Shown here: piece by piece, positions 28,141 through 41,724 of the stretch
How the letters are laid out: every line of letters begins with the position of its first letter
Position numbering within the stretch: position 1 is the first letter of the stretch
Assembly: GCA_951406725.2 (NCBI GenBank)
Contig: OX597831.1
Location: 33,170,001-33,234,000 of the forward strand
Reading direction: 5' to 3'
From: Octopus vulgaris
Taxonomy: Eukaryota
Length of the DNA: 64,000 nucleotides
Made by a program: the position numbers and the translations under genes
The notes under the pieces: model-generated
What the model was told of the DNA's origin: nothing
What the model saw: only the letters and a program-made list of their open reading frames with translations
Databases searched by the model: none

Positions 28141-28849
28141 CATACACACACATATATATATATGTATATATAACCATATATATATATATATATGCATATG
28201 TAGGTATAAGATGTCACAAAACGTAAACAGCATGAAATACGCACGCACACACACACACATACACACACATTTTTACTTCTATTCTCTTATTTCCCTTTAT
28301 ACTTCTTATTTCCATCCTTTTCCAAAATAACTCCTTATATTGAACTCTATCTTAACCATCTGTTTAACCATCTCAAATATCCCAGAAACAGCTGTAAGAT
28401 TAACTTTCTCTTTATAAAAGTCCTGAAAATTTCACACAGCCTCGGCTTTGTTGTCTCATTCTATTTGATATACATATATAGGGTTAATAAAATATATTCA
28501 TTGAGAATACAGTTTACTGAATTTTGAATAAGTGATCTTGGTAGGAAAATGTCTAAAACCTTATTAGACATTTAATAAGAGCGATTATATATTATAAAGT
28601 AAGAGCAGGAAAATCTACATTAAAAAAATCATCATAGAAGATATCCGTCCAAAATAATATTGTATTATTAATAGATAAATATATGAATATATAAAGTATG
28701 ATTATTTTAAAAAGTTCTTACGATCGTTTAATGAATGTATTACCCTTCAAAATGAAATCTAAAATTGATAATCATTATTATGCCTTTATACACATATACA
28801 TTTATATAGAATAAAACTTTATATATACAGAACGTGAAATACACGAATT

Positions 28850-29010
28850 GACGAACACGGAAAACAGACAGTCATTCAGAGCCTTCATTCTTCAGTCAGA
28901 AACCGATTCATCATGGCAAATTTCGGCTGTTTAATTCTGAGATTTGCTCCAAAACGGCCAGCCCCAAGGAAAAGCTAAGTTATGGGCATTAGATTTCCTT
29001 GGTAGAAGGA
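28850..29010 (-). mobile_element. Repeat family F copy
   Basis: GTCATTC...TTTCGGCTG...GGCCAGCCCCAAGGAAAA shared with the 25705 copy. Confidence 0.6.
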
Positions 29011-29424
29011 AAGAATGTGACAACAGAGACGAATAGGAAAACAAGAGACGAAGATAAAATTGGAAACAGTAACGAATAAAAATAGGAATGACACGACTTT
29101 GAGACAAAATGGGACAAAAACAATTGATCAGCAAGCATGGAAAGCGATTACCTTTTCGGTAGAGGTGACACGTGTAGAACAGGTGGCTGTCGCCAATGGA
29201 ATGGCTTAGTAAGTGCACAGGTGTATGGTAGGACGTTCGTATCAGCTATACTTTCTGATTCTTACACATACAAAATTCAGAAATGTACACAATAGCACAA
29301 TACCACACGAGTGACTATTTAGACGAGTAGACTACGCTGCATCACAGAGCAGCACATACCGACACACCACGTTCAATTCCAGTAAACCACAACAGTAATC
29401 TACACGAATCACACAACAAAATAT

Positions 29425-29810
29425 TCTTTTCTACTTTAGGCACAAGGCCGGAAATCTTGGGTGGGGGCACCAGTCGATTTAATCGACCGCAGTATACAGC
29501 TGGTGCTTGACCCTGGGAAGATGAAAGACAAAGTCGACCTCGGCGGAATTTGAGCCCAGAACGTAACGACAGACGACATGCCACTAAGCATTTCGCCCAG
29601 CGTGCTAACGTTTCTGCCAGCTCACTGCCTTTAAAATACTAAATATAATAACCACCTTATGGCGGCGAGTTCAAATCCCACCGAGGTCTACTTTGCCTTT
29701 CATCTTTTCGGGGTCGATAAATTCAGTAGCAGTTGCGTACTGGAGTCGTTCTAATCGACTGGCTTTCTCCCCCAAAATTTAGGGCCTTGTGCCTAGCGAA
29801 GAACAGAATA
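29425..29810. mobile_element. Two SINE A copies, head-to-head
   Basis: Minus 29425-29632; plus 29658-29810 (internally deleted). Confidence 0.8.
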
Positions 29811-29912
29811 TTATAACCACCTCCATAGACACCACCTGGTAAAATACACTTCGTCAAAGCACAGTATACCCAAATGCACTCTACTGTACATAACAGAATC
29901 AATAGTACATAC

Positions 29913-29996
<84 letters not shown>

Positions 29997-30213
29997 TATA
30001 TAAACATATATATATATACATATATCTGAATGTATACACATGTATGTATGCATGTATATCGGTTCATCTCAACTGTCGCTGCGGCTATGTCTAAAGTAAA
30101 TGCAGAAAGCAGTTGATATTACTAATTGTAGTTATAAAGCTGTGACTATCTTAGATGTAGGCCTCTGCTGAGTAAAACCGCTTGGGAAATCAGTGTTTCT
30201 TATTGGGATGGTG

Positions 30214-30335
<122 letters not shown>

Positions 30336-30477
30336 GATGCTGATGTTGATGATAGCAACAACAAGAATTAAATGATGGTTGTAACAAGAACGATGATAAT
30401 AATTGTTATGATATTAGTAGAATATCCCGATGATGATATGACCGATGATGATGATGATGATGATGGTGATGTTGGTG

Positions 30478-30702
30478 ATTTCAAATTTTGGCAGAAGGCT
30501 AGCATGTTGTGGGGGGGGGGGGGGGTAAGTCGATTATATCGACCGCTAGTATTTCACTGGTACTTAATTTATCGACTCTTCACCGAGAGGATGAAAGGCA
30601 ACGTCGACCACGGCGAAATTTGAACTCGGAACGTAAAGCCCGACGAAAAAACGGCTAAGCATTTTGTCGGGCGTAGGAACGATTCTACCAGTTCGCCGTC
30701 TT
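30478..30702 (-). mobile_element. SINE A
   Basis: GGATGAAAGGCAACGTCGACCACGGCGAAATTTGAACTC core. Confidence 0.85.
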
Positions 30703-30723
30703 AATAATAACAATAACAATAAT

Positions 30724-30800
<77 letters not shown>

Positions 30801-31135
30801 TAATAATAATAACAATAACAACAATAATAATAACAACAATAGTTATAACAACAATAATAATAATAACAACAATAATAATAATAGCAATAATAATTATAAT
30901 AACAATAATAATAATAACAAGAATAATAATAACAATAATAATAATAACAATAATAATAATAACAATAATAATAATAACGATGATAATAATATCGATGATG
31001 ACGATGACGATGACGACGATGACGACGACGATGGTGACGATGACGATGACGATGACAATGATGATGATGACGACGACGACAGTAATGAAAATAAAGATTA
31101 TGGGAGGAAGATATAAAAAATGGGATTATAGAAAA

Positions 31136-31203
<68 letters not shown>

Positions 31204-31335
31204 CATTTGTCACAGATGCACAAAATGAGGGGTCATTACAAGGAATCTTTACAATACGAAAATAAACAAAAGACGAAGGCAGGTGGAGTACAAACAAACA
31301 AATGTATTAGTATAACGCTCAGGAATAGAAAAAGT

Positions 31336-31371
31336 CTTTTACGTTTCGAGCCTACGCTCTTCTACAGAAAG
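31336..31371 (-). ncRNA. Minimal hammerhead with variant core (CUGUAGA), in repeat 31250-31430
   Basis: CUUU-CUGUAGA-A-GAGC-GUAG-GCUC-GAAA-CG-UA-AAAG. Confidence 0.55.
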
Positions 31372-31446
31372 GGACACAGAAAAGAACAAGGAGAGAAAAA
31401 AATGTGTATATTGGCTAACGATCTATCATATGTATATATATATATA

Positions 31447-31808
31447 CGCTCAGTCGAAGTCGACTCTCGGTCACTCGTTGGATCAGTGTCCTCCAGTCAG
31501 TTCTATCCTGGGCCGCTTCTTTCAGATTGACTATGTCCATTCCGGTATCCCTCTTGATGGTGTCAAGCCAGCGGGTTCTTGGTCGGCCTCTTCCTCTCTT
31601 ACCACTGACCATTCCGAGCATGATGTACTTCTCCAGGGATTTTCTCCGCATAATATGACCGAAATATGTCAATCTATGCTTGGTGATCCTAGCTTCTAGC
31701 GACATTTTCGGCCTGATCTGCTTAAGAACTTCTCCATTGGTGAGTCTCGCTGTCCATGGAATCCGTAAAAGTCTTCTCCAACACCAAAGCTCGAATGCAT
31801 TAATTCTC
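31447..31808 (-). mobile_element. RTE (BovB-like) LINE 3' end
   Basis: RINAFELWCWRRLLRIPWTAR...RLTYFGHIMRR..LEK..MLG..GKRGRGRPRTRWLD...AAQDR..WR...VTESR. Confidence 0.92.
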
Positions 31809-31833
31809 TATATTATGTATATTATATATATGT

Positions 31834-32113
31834 GGAGGCGCAATGGCAGCGGACTCGCGGTCGGAGAATCGCAGTTTCGATTCCCAGAGCGGGCGATATA
31901 TGTATTGATTGAGCGAAAACACCTAAAGCTCCACGAGGCTCCAGCAGGGGGTGGTGGCGACCCCTGTTGTACCCTTTCACCCCAACTTTCTCTCACTCTT
32001 TCTTGAGTAACACTGCGATCGACTGGCGTCCCGTCCAGCTGGGGGGAACGCATACGCCATAGAAACTGGGAAACAGGGCACATGAGCTTGGCTAGGCTTG
32101 AAAAGGGCGAATA
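31834..32113 (+). mobile_element. SINE D with tail Y
   Basis: Same head and body as 6860-7018; tail GCGATCGACTGGCGTCCCGTCCAG (V-domain-like). Confidence 0.85.
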
Positions 32114-32117
32114 TATA

Positions 32118-32166
<49 letters not shown>

Positions 32167-32251
32167 AGAGTTTACGAAAAATACAAAAGACAAAGACGGG
32201 TGGTGTACAAAACAACAGATGTATTAGTATAAAGCTCATGAATAGAAAAGT

Positions 32252-32287
32252 CTTTTATGTTTCGAGCCTACGCTCTTCTACAGAAAG
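32252..32287 (-). ncRNA. Second variant-core hammerhead, in repeat 32163-32345
   Basis: Same as 31336-31371 with one stem III change. Confidence 0.45.
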
Positions 32288-32397
32288 GGACACAGAAAAC
32301 AAGGAGAGAAACAAATATGTGTAGTGGCTAACGATCTATCATATATATAATGGAATAATTACTATGAAGCATTGTGTAGAATGTACTGTAAAAAGTA

Positions 32398-32620
32398 TGT
32401 GGATAAGGCCAAAACAATGCGAAGTAAATGCAAGGTAAACACAAGAAAACATATGTGAATTAATGTGGAATTAATGCCGATCAGCAACATTCATCAATTT
32501 ATTCAAAATGGAGTCATAACCGCGAAATATTGAATACAAGGAAAGTCTACATTAATTCACATATTTGTTTTCTTGTGATTTACCTTGCATTTACTTCGCA
32601 TTGTTTTGGCCCTACCCACA
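32398..32620. repeat. Inverted repeat, ~73-bp arms
   Basis: GGCCAAAACAATGCGAAGTAAATGCAAGGTAAA...GTGAATTAATGT mirrored at 32547-32620. Confidence 0.88.
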
Positions 32621-32641
32621 ATCCATTATACAATATATATG

Positions 32642-32690
<49 letters not shown>

Positions 32691-32839
32691 CGGTGTGGTA
32701 AGAAGCTTGCTTCCCATCCATATGGTTCCAGGTTCAGTACCACTGTGTGGCATCTTGGGCAAGTGTCTTCCACAATAGCCTCGGACCGACCAAAGCCTTG
32801 TGAGTGAATTTGGTAGACGGAAACTGAAAGAAGCTCGTC

Positions 32840-32878
<39 letters not shown>

Positions 32879-33014
32879 AATAAGGGTAAAAGAAAAACAT
32901 TTCTAATGCCAAATATGCCGAAAATAGACAAATTGTCAATAACCGTTATAATTTATCACTATTAATATGCGTCTCGAAACAAACCGATAGAAATTTCTAA
33001 AAAAATTCCGTTAT

Positions 33015-33073
33015 TACCGTATTGGTCCCAATTTCAGAGTTAATTCATAAGAAGTTTCTCCTCCTCAGCGATA
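33015..33073 (-). ncRNA. Type I hammerhead ribozyme
   Basis: UAUCG-CUGAGGA-GGAG...CUCU-GAAA-UUGG-GA-CCAA-UA-CGGUA. Confidence 0.8.
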
Positions 33074-33491
33074 AATACGTAAGACATAAATGAAAAACTT
33101 ACTCATACCCATGGAAAAAGCAAGCACTAAGTCCTGAGCAGACCTAAGTACCCCAAATATATCTAAAATAGAAAATCTTCAGCACATCTGTAGACACGTG
33201 TGATTCGAACTAGAAACTTTCACAGAGTGAGAGAGTCCGGAAGTGAACACTATTAAATTTACATCTAATATAGGATAAAAATTTTTGAAAAAAATGTTAT
33301 CAATGGCCAGCATATTAAAAATACCTTTAAAGGTTAAATTTATGAATAACTTATAAAATAAGGGTAAAAGAAAAATATTTCTAATGCCAAATATGCCGAA
33401 AATAGACAAATTGTCAATAACCATTATAATTTATCACAATTAACATGCGTCTCGAAACAAACCAATAGAAATTTCTTAAAAAATCCGTTAT

Positions 33492-33550
33492 TACCGTATT
33501 GGTCCCAATTTCAGAGTTAATTCATAAGAATTTTCTCCTCCTCAGCGATA
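33492..33550 (-). ncRNA. Type I hammerhead ribozyme (tandem copy)
   Basis: Same core and stems as 33015-33073. Confidence 0.8.
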
Positions 33551-33924
33551 AATACGTAAGACATAAATGAAATACTTACTCATACCCATGTGTGTGTGTG
33601 GGAGTGAGTATATGTTTGTGTGTGTGTAACTGTGTTTGTTCCTCCCAACATCGCTTGACAACCGATAGAATAAGTACTAGGCTTACAAAGAATAGGTCCT
33701 GGGTTCGATTTGTTCGACTAAGGAATAAGAAAATGGAGGGGATCAAGAGTACGTGGTATTCATCAACTTTTAGACATTATGTTATGTCTATTTTTTTTAA
33801 AAAGGCAATTATAACAGTATACATACATGTATAACATATTATGCTTTACATATATAATATATAAAATATAAAAAACCAGTAATTATTAAAATATATACCG
33901 TAGAGCATAGAAAGTAGGATAATA

Positions 33925-34045
33925 TCTTACAGTTGTTTCAGCCAAGAGGCCATAGTACCCCGTTCTACTTTATCCCTTCTGTGAACTGAAGGATTTGGTA
34001 GATAATATTAAGGTACTTGGATGTGTCTCTGGGCTTCGTCAGAGA
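33925..34045 (-). ncRNA. Type I hammerhead with a long stem II insertion
   Basis: UCU-CUGACGA-AGCCCAGAG...CUCUUGGCU-GAAA-CAACUG-UA-AGA. Confidence 0.65.
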
Positions 34046-34345
34046 GTTTAGAAAGTTCATAAGGTTAAATTATAAATATAAATAATACATATATACATAC
34101 TTTTACATATACACACATATACATATATTAAAATGTAAATGCATATTACATGTATATGCATACAAAGGAATCAATTATTATTATTATTAGGTGTAGTATA
34201 TTATTCTTATTAGATAAAGTATAAACAGAGGAAGGAGAAAGTTGTCAAAAGAGAAATAATAGGGCAATTTTTATAAATCAATGTATATGAAGATTATTGT
34301 AGTTATATAGTAATGAAAAGGTATATGCATGAGGGATACATATAT

Positions 34346-34437
<92 letters not shown>

Positions 34438-34440
<3 letters not shown>

Positions 34441-34800
34441 ACTTATAAACAAGGGCAAAAGAAAAAAATGTTTGCTTCTTCAATGGGTATGAGTAAGTAT
34501 TTCATTTATTTCTTTGCCGCATTTATCACTGACGAAGAGAAGGTTCTTATGAATTAACTCTGAAATCGGGTCCGATATGATAATAACGGAATTTTTTAGA
34601 AATTTCTGTCGGCTTTCTTCGAGACGCGTGCTTATAGTGATGAATTATATGGTTATGGACGATGTGTCTATTTTCGGCATATTTGGCATTAGAAAATTTT
34701 TTATTTTGTTCTTGTTTAGGAGTTGTTTATAAATTTAACCTTTAAAGGTATTTTTTAATATACTGGCCATTGATAAGATTTTTTTCGAAAAATTTTTATC

Positions 34801-34805
<5 letters not shown>
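34438..34805 (+). mobile_element. Diverged inverted copy of the 32872-33590 element
   Basis: Reverse complement matches (TGTCTATTTTCGGCATATTTGGCATTAGAAA, TGGGTATGAGTAAG); (TA)n flanks. Confidence 0.8.
34524..34582 (+). ncRNA. Type I hammerhead ribozyme
   Basis: UAUCA-CUGACGA-AGAG...CUCU-GAAA-UCGG-GU-CCGA-UA-UGAUA. Confidence 0.85.
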
Positions 34806-34831
<26 letters not shown>

Positions 34832-35364
34832 TTACGTACAAACATACCCATAGGTACATACGTATTACATGTGTCGAGAAGGGAGTATTATTGCAGCAAT
34901 TCGTATTTTTTATATAATTATAATAATTATAGACAAACATATATATATTCATATAAACAGGGGATACGTTTTCTATTGAGGGCTTTAGACAAAGGTCCAC
35001 AATATGTGGGTTAGAGTTTATATTAGTACCTGTCGGTGCTAAAAGTAGTAAATTTCCAGGTGTTAATCAAGATACTTGATTATTTTCCGTTACTTTTTGT
35101 TTATCGAGTTGCTGAAATCCTCCGGAAAGTTGGGAGGGGGTTATGGTCAGTGCCGTCATCTAATTTGTCATCTATTCTTTTAAAAAGCCATGACTTTGTT
35201 ATGGTTGTTGGTTAATGGATAACCGATAACATAAAACAAATTAGGCAAAAAAATATATATATATATATTTAAATGTATATAAATAAAACAAAAACAAAAA
35301 CAAAATGTAGATAAATTCATATATATATATATATTAATATTAATTTATCTCCCTCAATTTTTAA

Positions 35365-35414
<50 letters not shown>

Positions 35415-35569
35415 TTTTAAGTTAAAGTGATATTACTCAGGGGATATTGTTTTAATAAACTGCATATGAAAGATATTGAACCGAACCCGATATCGCGTAC
35501 TTGCAGAACAAACTCCTAAACCATTCAACGACACTGCGCATATATGTGCGCGCACGTGTATTTATGTAC

Positions 35570-35619
<50 letters not shown>

Positions 35620-35699
35620 TCAAGTGTGTGTGTGTATCCAGAGAGAGAGAGAGTGAAAGCGAAAGAGAGAGAGAGAAACAGACAGACATACAGATAGTC

Positions 35700-35943
<244 letters not shown>

Positions 35944-36092
35944 GTGAACATATGCAGCGGAAATGAGCAAAGCCTGGAAATGAAATGTGTACGTAAAGCA
36001 CCAATTAAAGACGGAATTATTAAATATTCATCGGAAGAAAATATATTCTCTGTAAAGACAAAATGAAGAAACATTTAAATATACACCCATAT

Positions 36093-36147
<55 letters not shown>

Positions 36148-36505
36148 GCAAACCCATGGAGCTACAAGAAACTTTACGTCTGCTGCACAAACTCCGTCAC
36201 CTCTATTCATCATTATCACCCCTCCATCACAGCTCCACCACCTCCAGCACCATCGTCGCCGGCATCGCCGCCACCGCCCGGCAAAAACAAAAATAATGGT
36301 GATAATTGATCTTGGCGAACTCTCGTTTACACACGGTTATCTTTCCGTATTATTGTCTTGTCTCTGTACTTAAATGTGAAACACTTGAATGTTTTATTAA
36401 AAATACATCATCACATGACAACATCGTCAAATATCCTTACACGTACGCCATTTTGTTTTCGTAATTTTGTCGTTGTTTTTGATGTTTTTTCTCTCCACCA
36501 CCACC

Positions 36506-36547
<42 letters not shown>

Positions 36548-36885
36548 CTCTTTCTAATCTTTTTTTTTGCCATGTAATAAACACCGTTGCCTTTGTTTGT
36601 GTTTGTTGTTTTCGTTGTAATCATTGTTGTTGTTGCTGCCATATTTATGTTTTCTTGTTGCTTTTATTTTTCTTGTTTTCGCATATTCTTGTTGTTGTTG
36701 TAGTTGTTATTGCAGTTGCTATTATTGCTGTAATTGTCGTTAATGCTTTCGATACGTCGTTGTTGTTGTTGTTGTTGTTGTTTTATATATTATTATTGCT
36801 TTGCTTAGATTATTGTTATTTTATTTGGTAGATATTTCGTTGATATTACTGCAACAGCAGAAGCAGTAACAGCAGCAGCAGAAGC

Positions 36886-36947
<62 letters not shown>

Positions 36948-37658
36948 CAGCAGCAGCAGCAGCAGCAGCAGTAGCAGCAACAGCAGCAGTAGTAGTAGTA
37001 GTAGTAGTAGTAGTAGCTGTTGTTGCTTTTGTTGTTAATAGTGGTGGCGCTTATTGCAGTAGTGGAGGTGCTGGGCGCTCTCGTTGTTGGTGGTGGTCGT
37101 CCCAGTGTTGCTGTTGCTGTTGTTGCTGTTGAACAATACCAAGAAAAACTAACACACAAACACACACACACACACACTCACACTCGTACATATTTATAAA
37201 CATTCCTTAATATCACATAAGGTATGTATGTTGTTTAAAGCTTGTGGCCGCGTTATTTCCTTTAAGAGAGGTTCCCCTCAAGATGAATATTAAGAGAAAG
37301 ATACGGTGTACTTCAAATTTGGGCGAAACGAAATCGCCCCGATAGAGAACGAGAACGACGTCACAGGTCTTCCCATCCAATGACAATTAAATACAATTGT
37401 AAATATAAATACTTAGCTGTTCGGCAAAAGGGAACGATTGAATAAGTTCTAGGCGTTGAAAAAAATGTCGTCCTGAGGTCGAATTGTTCGACTAAAAACC
37501 GTTCAAGGTGGTGCTCCAGCGTGGCTGCAATCAAATGACTGAAACGAGTAAAAGAATAAAAGAATAAAATAATAAAAGAATAACCAAATGGTCAACAACG
37601 AGCAGACGAAAATCAACGACAGCGTCTGCAGTAACAACAGCAGCAGTGACAGAAAGTA

Positions 37659-37855
37659 GAGGCGCAATGGCCCAATGGTTAGGGCAGCGGACTCGCGGTC
37701 GGAGGATCGCGGTTTCGATTTCCAGATCAGGCGTTGTGTGTGTTTATTGAGCGAAAACACCGAAAGCTCCACAAGGCTCCAGCAGGGGGTGGTAGCGACC
37801 CCTGTTGTACTCTTTCGCCCCAACTTTCTCTCACTCTTTCTTCCTGTTTCTTGTC
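37659..37855 (+). mobile_element. SINE D head and body, continuing into an unrelated GC-rich segment
   Basis: GAGGCGCAATGGCCCAATGGTTAGGGCAGCGGACTCGCGG...CTCTTTCTTCCTGTTTC. Confidence 0.85.
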
Positions 37856-38504
37856 CCCGACTTCCTACGCAACCGCTGAGCCTGGATGCGCATTCATCCA
37901 TCTGTCGATGCTCTCGGTGTCGGGGTTTGACCCGCTTTCTCCTCTGCAAGTCTTGCGAATAGCGAGAGACCAAGTTTCGGACTTCTCCCATGTTGCGAGC
38001 TTTGGGACGAAGACCGTTCGCTCAACAGCAACAGCAGCAACAGCAGCGGTGGCAACAGTAGCGGCGGAATCAGCAGCAGCAGCCGTCCAAGGATTTGAAC
38101 CTGGAGATCCCCATTTCCAGCGACTTCGAAGGCCACCTCCCAGTGGTGTCGGGCGTCAACGAAGAGCCCTCGACTACAACAAGACGACCAAAGTTTATTT
38201 TTTCCCAAGGTCTGGGGTCTCCTGCCCCTAAGCCCTAGACCATCACCTAATCACCCTTACCCGTCTAGTTGCTTAACAACAACAACAACAACAGCAGCAG
38301 CAGCAACCACAAAAGTGAAGGGAACAACAAAAGCTGAAAAAAAAACAAGAACAACTACAACAAAAAAGCAGATGATAGAAAGTCTAAACTCAATAACTGC
38401 AACTACAACACTAGCAATAAGTATTGACTCTCTGCAGTTTAAATGCTGTTGCTTGGATGGGCAAAAGGGAATTGATGGTGTTCATGCCAAATCACAAATA
38501 TATT

Positions 38505-39557
38505 GTGAGTGGATGTGTGGTAAGTAGCTTGCTTACCAACCACATGGTTACGGGTTCAGTACCACTGCGTGGCACCTTGGGCAAGTGTCTTCTGCTATAG
38601 CCTCAGGCCGACCAAAGCCTTGTGAGTGGATTTGATAGACGGAAACTGAAAGAAGTCCGTCGTATATATGTATATATATATATATATATATATACATAAC
38701 AATTAAAAATGAGGGTGTCTAAAAGACACCAAAATGCCGAAATAGCAGTCGAAACTCTGACTATAAAACCACGTTAAATGTTCATATCGCACCATGAGGT
38801 AAAGCGGAGGGACAAAACATACAAGCAAAAATTATTGAATAATTCAAGATCCAAGGATTTCTGGTTCTGCTTTAAATAAGCTTTACCGTCATCAATTGAA
38901 TATATCAAGGGTACATAAATACAGATATATATATATGCACAGTAAACGATATACTTACACATACGAGCGTCGTACATACATACATATGCACGTATGGACA
39001 CAGCCAGTTTTAATCGCCCGCCAAATCACCGCATAATTACGATATGGTTAAAATAAGCACTGCAGTGAATATAATAACGAATTATATACATTTATATATG
39101 AGGATAATATCGATGTTTAAGTGTCGAAATTATCAGTGGCCAGCATGAAAGAAATACCTTACAAAGGTAAAAAAAATTTTTTAATAATTTTTAATTGTTA
39201 AAAATTTTTTTACCTTTGTAAGGTATTTCTTTCATGCTGGCCACTTGATAATTTCGACACTTAAACATCGATATTATCTTCATATATAAAGTTATATATA
39301 TACATATATATATGTATATGTATGTGTGTGTGTGTGTACATGTTTGTATGTCTGTTTTTGTCCCCCCCCAACATCGCTTGACAACCGATGTTGGTGTGCT
39401 TACGTCCCCGTAACTTAGCGGTTCGGCATAAGAGACCGATAGAATAAGTAATAGGCTTACAAAGAATAAGTCCTGGGGTCGATTTGCTCGATGAAAAGTC
39501 GGTGCTCCAGCATGGCCGCAATCAAATGACCGAAACAAGTAAATGAGTAAAAGAGTA
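38505..39557 (+). mobile_element. SINE B split by inserts in its internal (TA)n
   Basis: Head 38505-38665; tail 39330-39557. Confidence 0.75.
39091..39290. repeat. ~200-bp near-perfect inverted repeat
   Basis: GATAATATCGATGTTTAAGTGTCGAAATTATCA...CCTTACAAAGGTAAAA mirrored. Confidence 0.92.
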
Positions 39558-39832
39558 ATCGAAAGTTTTACAATATTTTGGTAACTTATTTTTCTTTATT
39601 CGTCAAATTACAACAAAAGCAGTCAACCATTTTAAAGTAGAGACCACCGTGTTGCACCTTCTGAAGCCACCATTTTGCCAGTTCTTTAGTCCCATGGTGA
39701 TACCAGTTCTTGTCCTTTGAAGTGAAGAACTTTACTGAATCTTCCGCTTGCTTTTGGTTGATGAAGCATTGCGAGCGTAGGAATAAAGCAAAGAAGTTAC
39801 CAAATATTGGAAAACTTTTGACTCAATACAGC
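39558..39832. mobile_element. Second fold-back mariner derivative
   Basis: Homologous to 20420-20640, and also ends in AAAACTTTTGACTCAATAC. Confidence 0.75.
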
Positions 39833-40009
39833 AACAACATAAGACAGTGGGAATAAGTGAGGTCATGCTAAAGACAAAACAAGATTTCCTTGGGATGGAA
39901 ACGAAATTGTGCGTCTTTTGAGAACTGCTGTAAAGGTTGCGACGTAACGAGAACTCCGAGGCGAAGATATCTGAGAGGAAGAGGGAGAGAAAGAGAGCAA
40001 GATAAAGCG

Positions 40010-40123
<114 letters not shown>

Positions 40124-40289
40124 TGTGCTGGGGTCTCTGATGGTCTTAGGTTAAACAGTCTTAAGACCTGGAATTGTCAACAGTTAGATCAAAGTAGGCA
40201 GAATTTCTTTACCTTTTGTAAGCCAACATGTCGCAGTTAAGGATAAGATGTCAGATTGCCCGTTATCTGTGGTGTCACCATGGGGGCAA

Positions 40290-41650
40290 TGACACTCGCT
40301 GGACGAACCCGGATCACTAAATCTAGGTGTGATAGACAACAACGACATCGTAATTTTTGCGACGCACTCATTTGTTCTTTTGGTCGATTGCGAAGTCTAT
40401 GCGTCTTTTGACCCTCCCACGATGTCATGTAGCGTTGTGGTCCGACGGCAAGGTTTCTCGTTCTAAACGTGAACTACAGTGGAGATGGTGGAACTTTCAG
40501 CCTGGTGGCCATTTACGCCCTGCTATGAATTGGAAGGCCACATTTCCTCAGACGTCAAAAGATCTTCCGAACAAAATCCCACTCATTAGACATCTGAGAC
40601 GCACTCAGGGATTGTATGCCAATATCTAATAAAAGAGAGCGTGCTTCAAAAGGCTAAAAGACTTGTACTCGGGTCTTTCGTATTGTCTTATATGAACTGC
40701 CTCCACTTCCCGAACACATCAATGTAAATCGGAGAAACCACACTGGGCCATTTAGATTGTGCTTGGAGAGAGCTTTTATTCGGTTAAATGAGAGAAACAG
40801 TATAAAGTCTCTCGTTTCAGATTATTAATTACAAATTTGATTCGCACAATAAACACTAACAGGGAAGGACTCCTATTATTGGAAAATGGATGCAGCTTTT
40901 CTGGTCCCGAAAAATTTTCAAGGATTAGATTATCGAATTAGTTAAATGGAAATTGACAAATGCAATTATTAATAACAGGTAGATGATAATTAGAGCAATA
41001 TCTGTCAGTTTTATGAAAGATGTAGCAATAGGGAACAGCAAATTATAGAACGAGTTAGTTAATCGATTAAGAAGAGACAAACATGAAAGACAACGCTTAC
41101 GGTGTGCTTGAGGTGAGAATTGTTCTTGCACACTGATTCTTGACTAATTGTTCTTGACCAATGACCCTTGACCTCTTCCAAGTATGAAGAAAATTTTGTC
41201 CTTCATGCTAAAGTGCGTGATCCAAAAAATCAAGTAAACGCATGTCCAAACCCACCCACCCATAAACGCACGTGACAGAAGTCCAGAGTGACAACAAAGC
41301 CACACTTCGGTTACTAGTGGACGGCATCGGGCTCGTGCTCTCTGTTTCCGAGCATATGTCTGCGGATTCTCTGTAGTTCTCTGCCAAACTATCAACGAGG
41401 AGCGACTGGCTGATGGCAATTGACATCGATAACAATCGACCATCTCAGGCGACTTCTGGTCGAAGACCTGAAACCCGATTTCAGCAGAAACAGTAGCGGA
41501 CATATTGGTCAGTTGTGAGATGGGTAAATCACCAGGACTGGATGGTCAGAGTTGTTACATGTCAAACTTATGGAATGTATTGAAGTGTGGCTGAGTACAA
41601 GATCTACCTTCGATGGGATCCTAACCAGTTTAGTTTAAACTGTGCGACAG
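40290..41650 (+). mobile_element. Old, highly degenerate Tx1/L1-like ORF2 fragment
   Basis: PISAETVADILVSCEMGKSPGLDG at ~41475-41546 (RT N-terminal motif); many stops; boundaries uncertain. Confidence 0.5.
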
Positions 41651-41724
41651 AATCGACGACTGCTATTGGTTTTGATCCCAATTTCAGTGACGGGACCACT
41701 TCAGTGTACACCGGACAGAATGCA

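Larger units (their letters stand above)
32872..33590 (-). mobile_element. Penelope-like terminal repeat in partial tandem duplication
   Basis: 32872-33112 is repeated at 33351-33590, each unit with a hammerhead. Inverted relative at 34438-34805. Confidence 0.75.
32690..33725 (+). mobile_element. SINE B split by a tandem hammerhead element
   Basis: Head 32690-32842; tail 33600-33725. Confidence 0.7.

Noticed and set aside
28380-28400. Half-hammerhead GAAACAGCTGTAAGA (similar relics at ~28715, ~38730 and ~56860)
   Set aside because: No intact CUGANGA or stem II; not counted.
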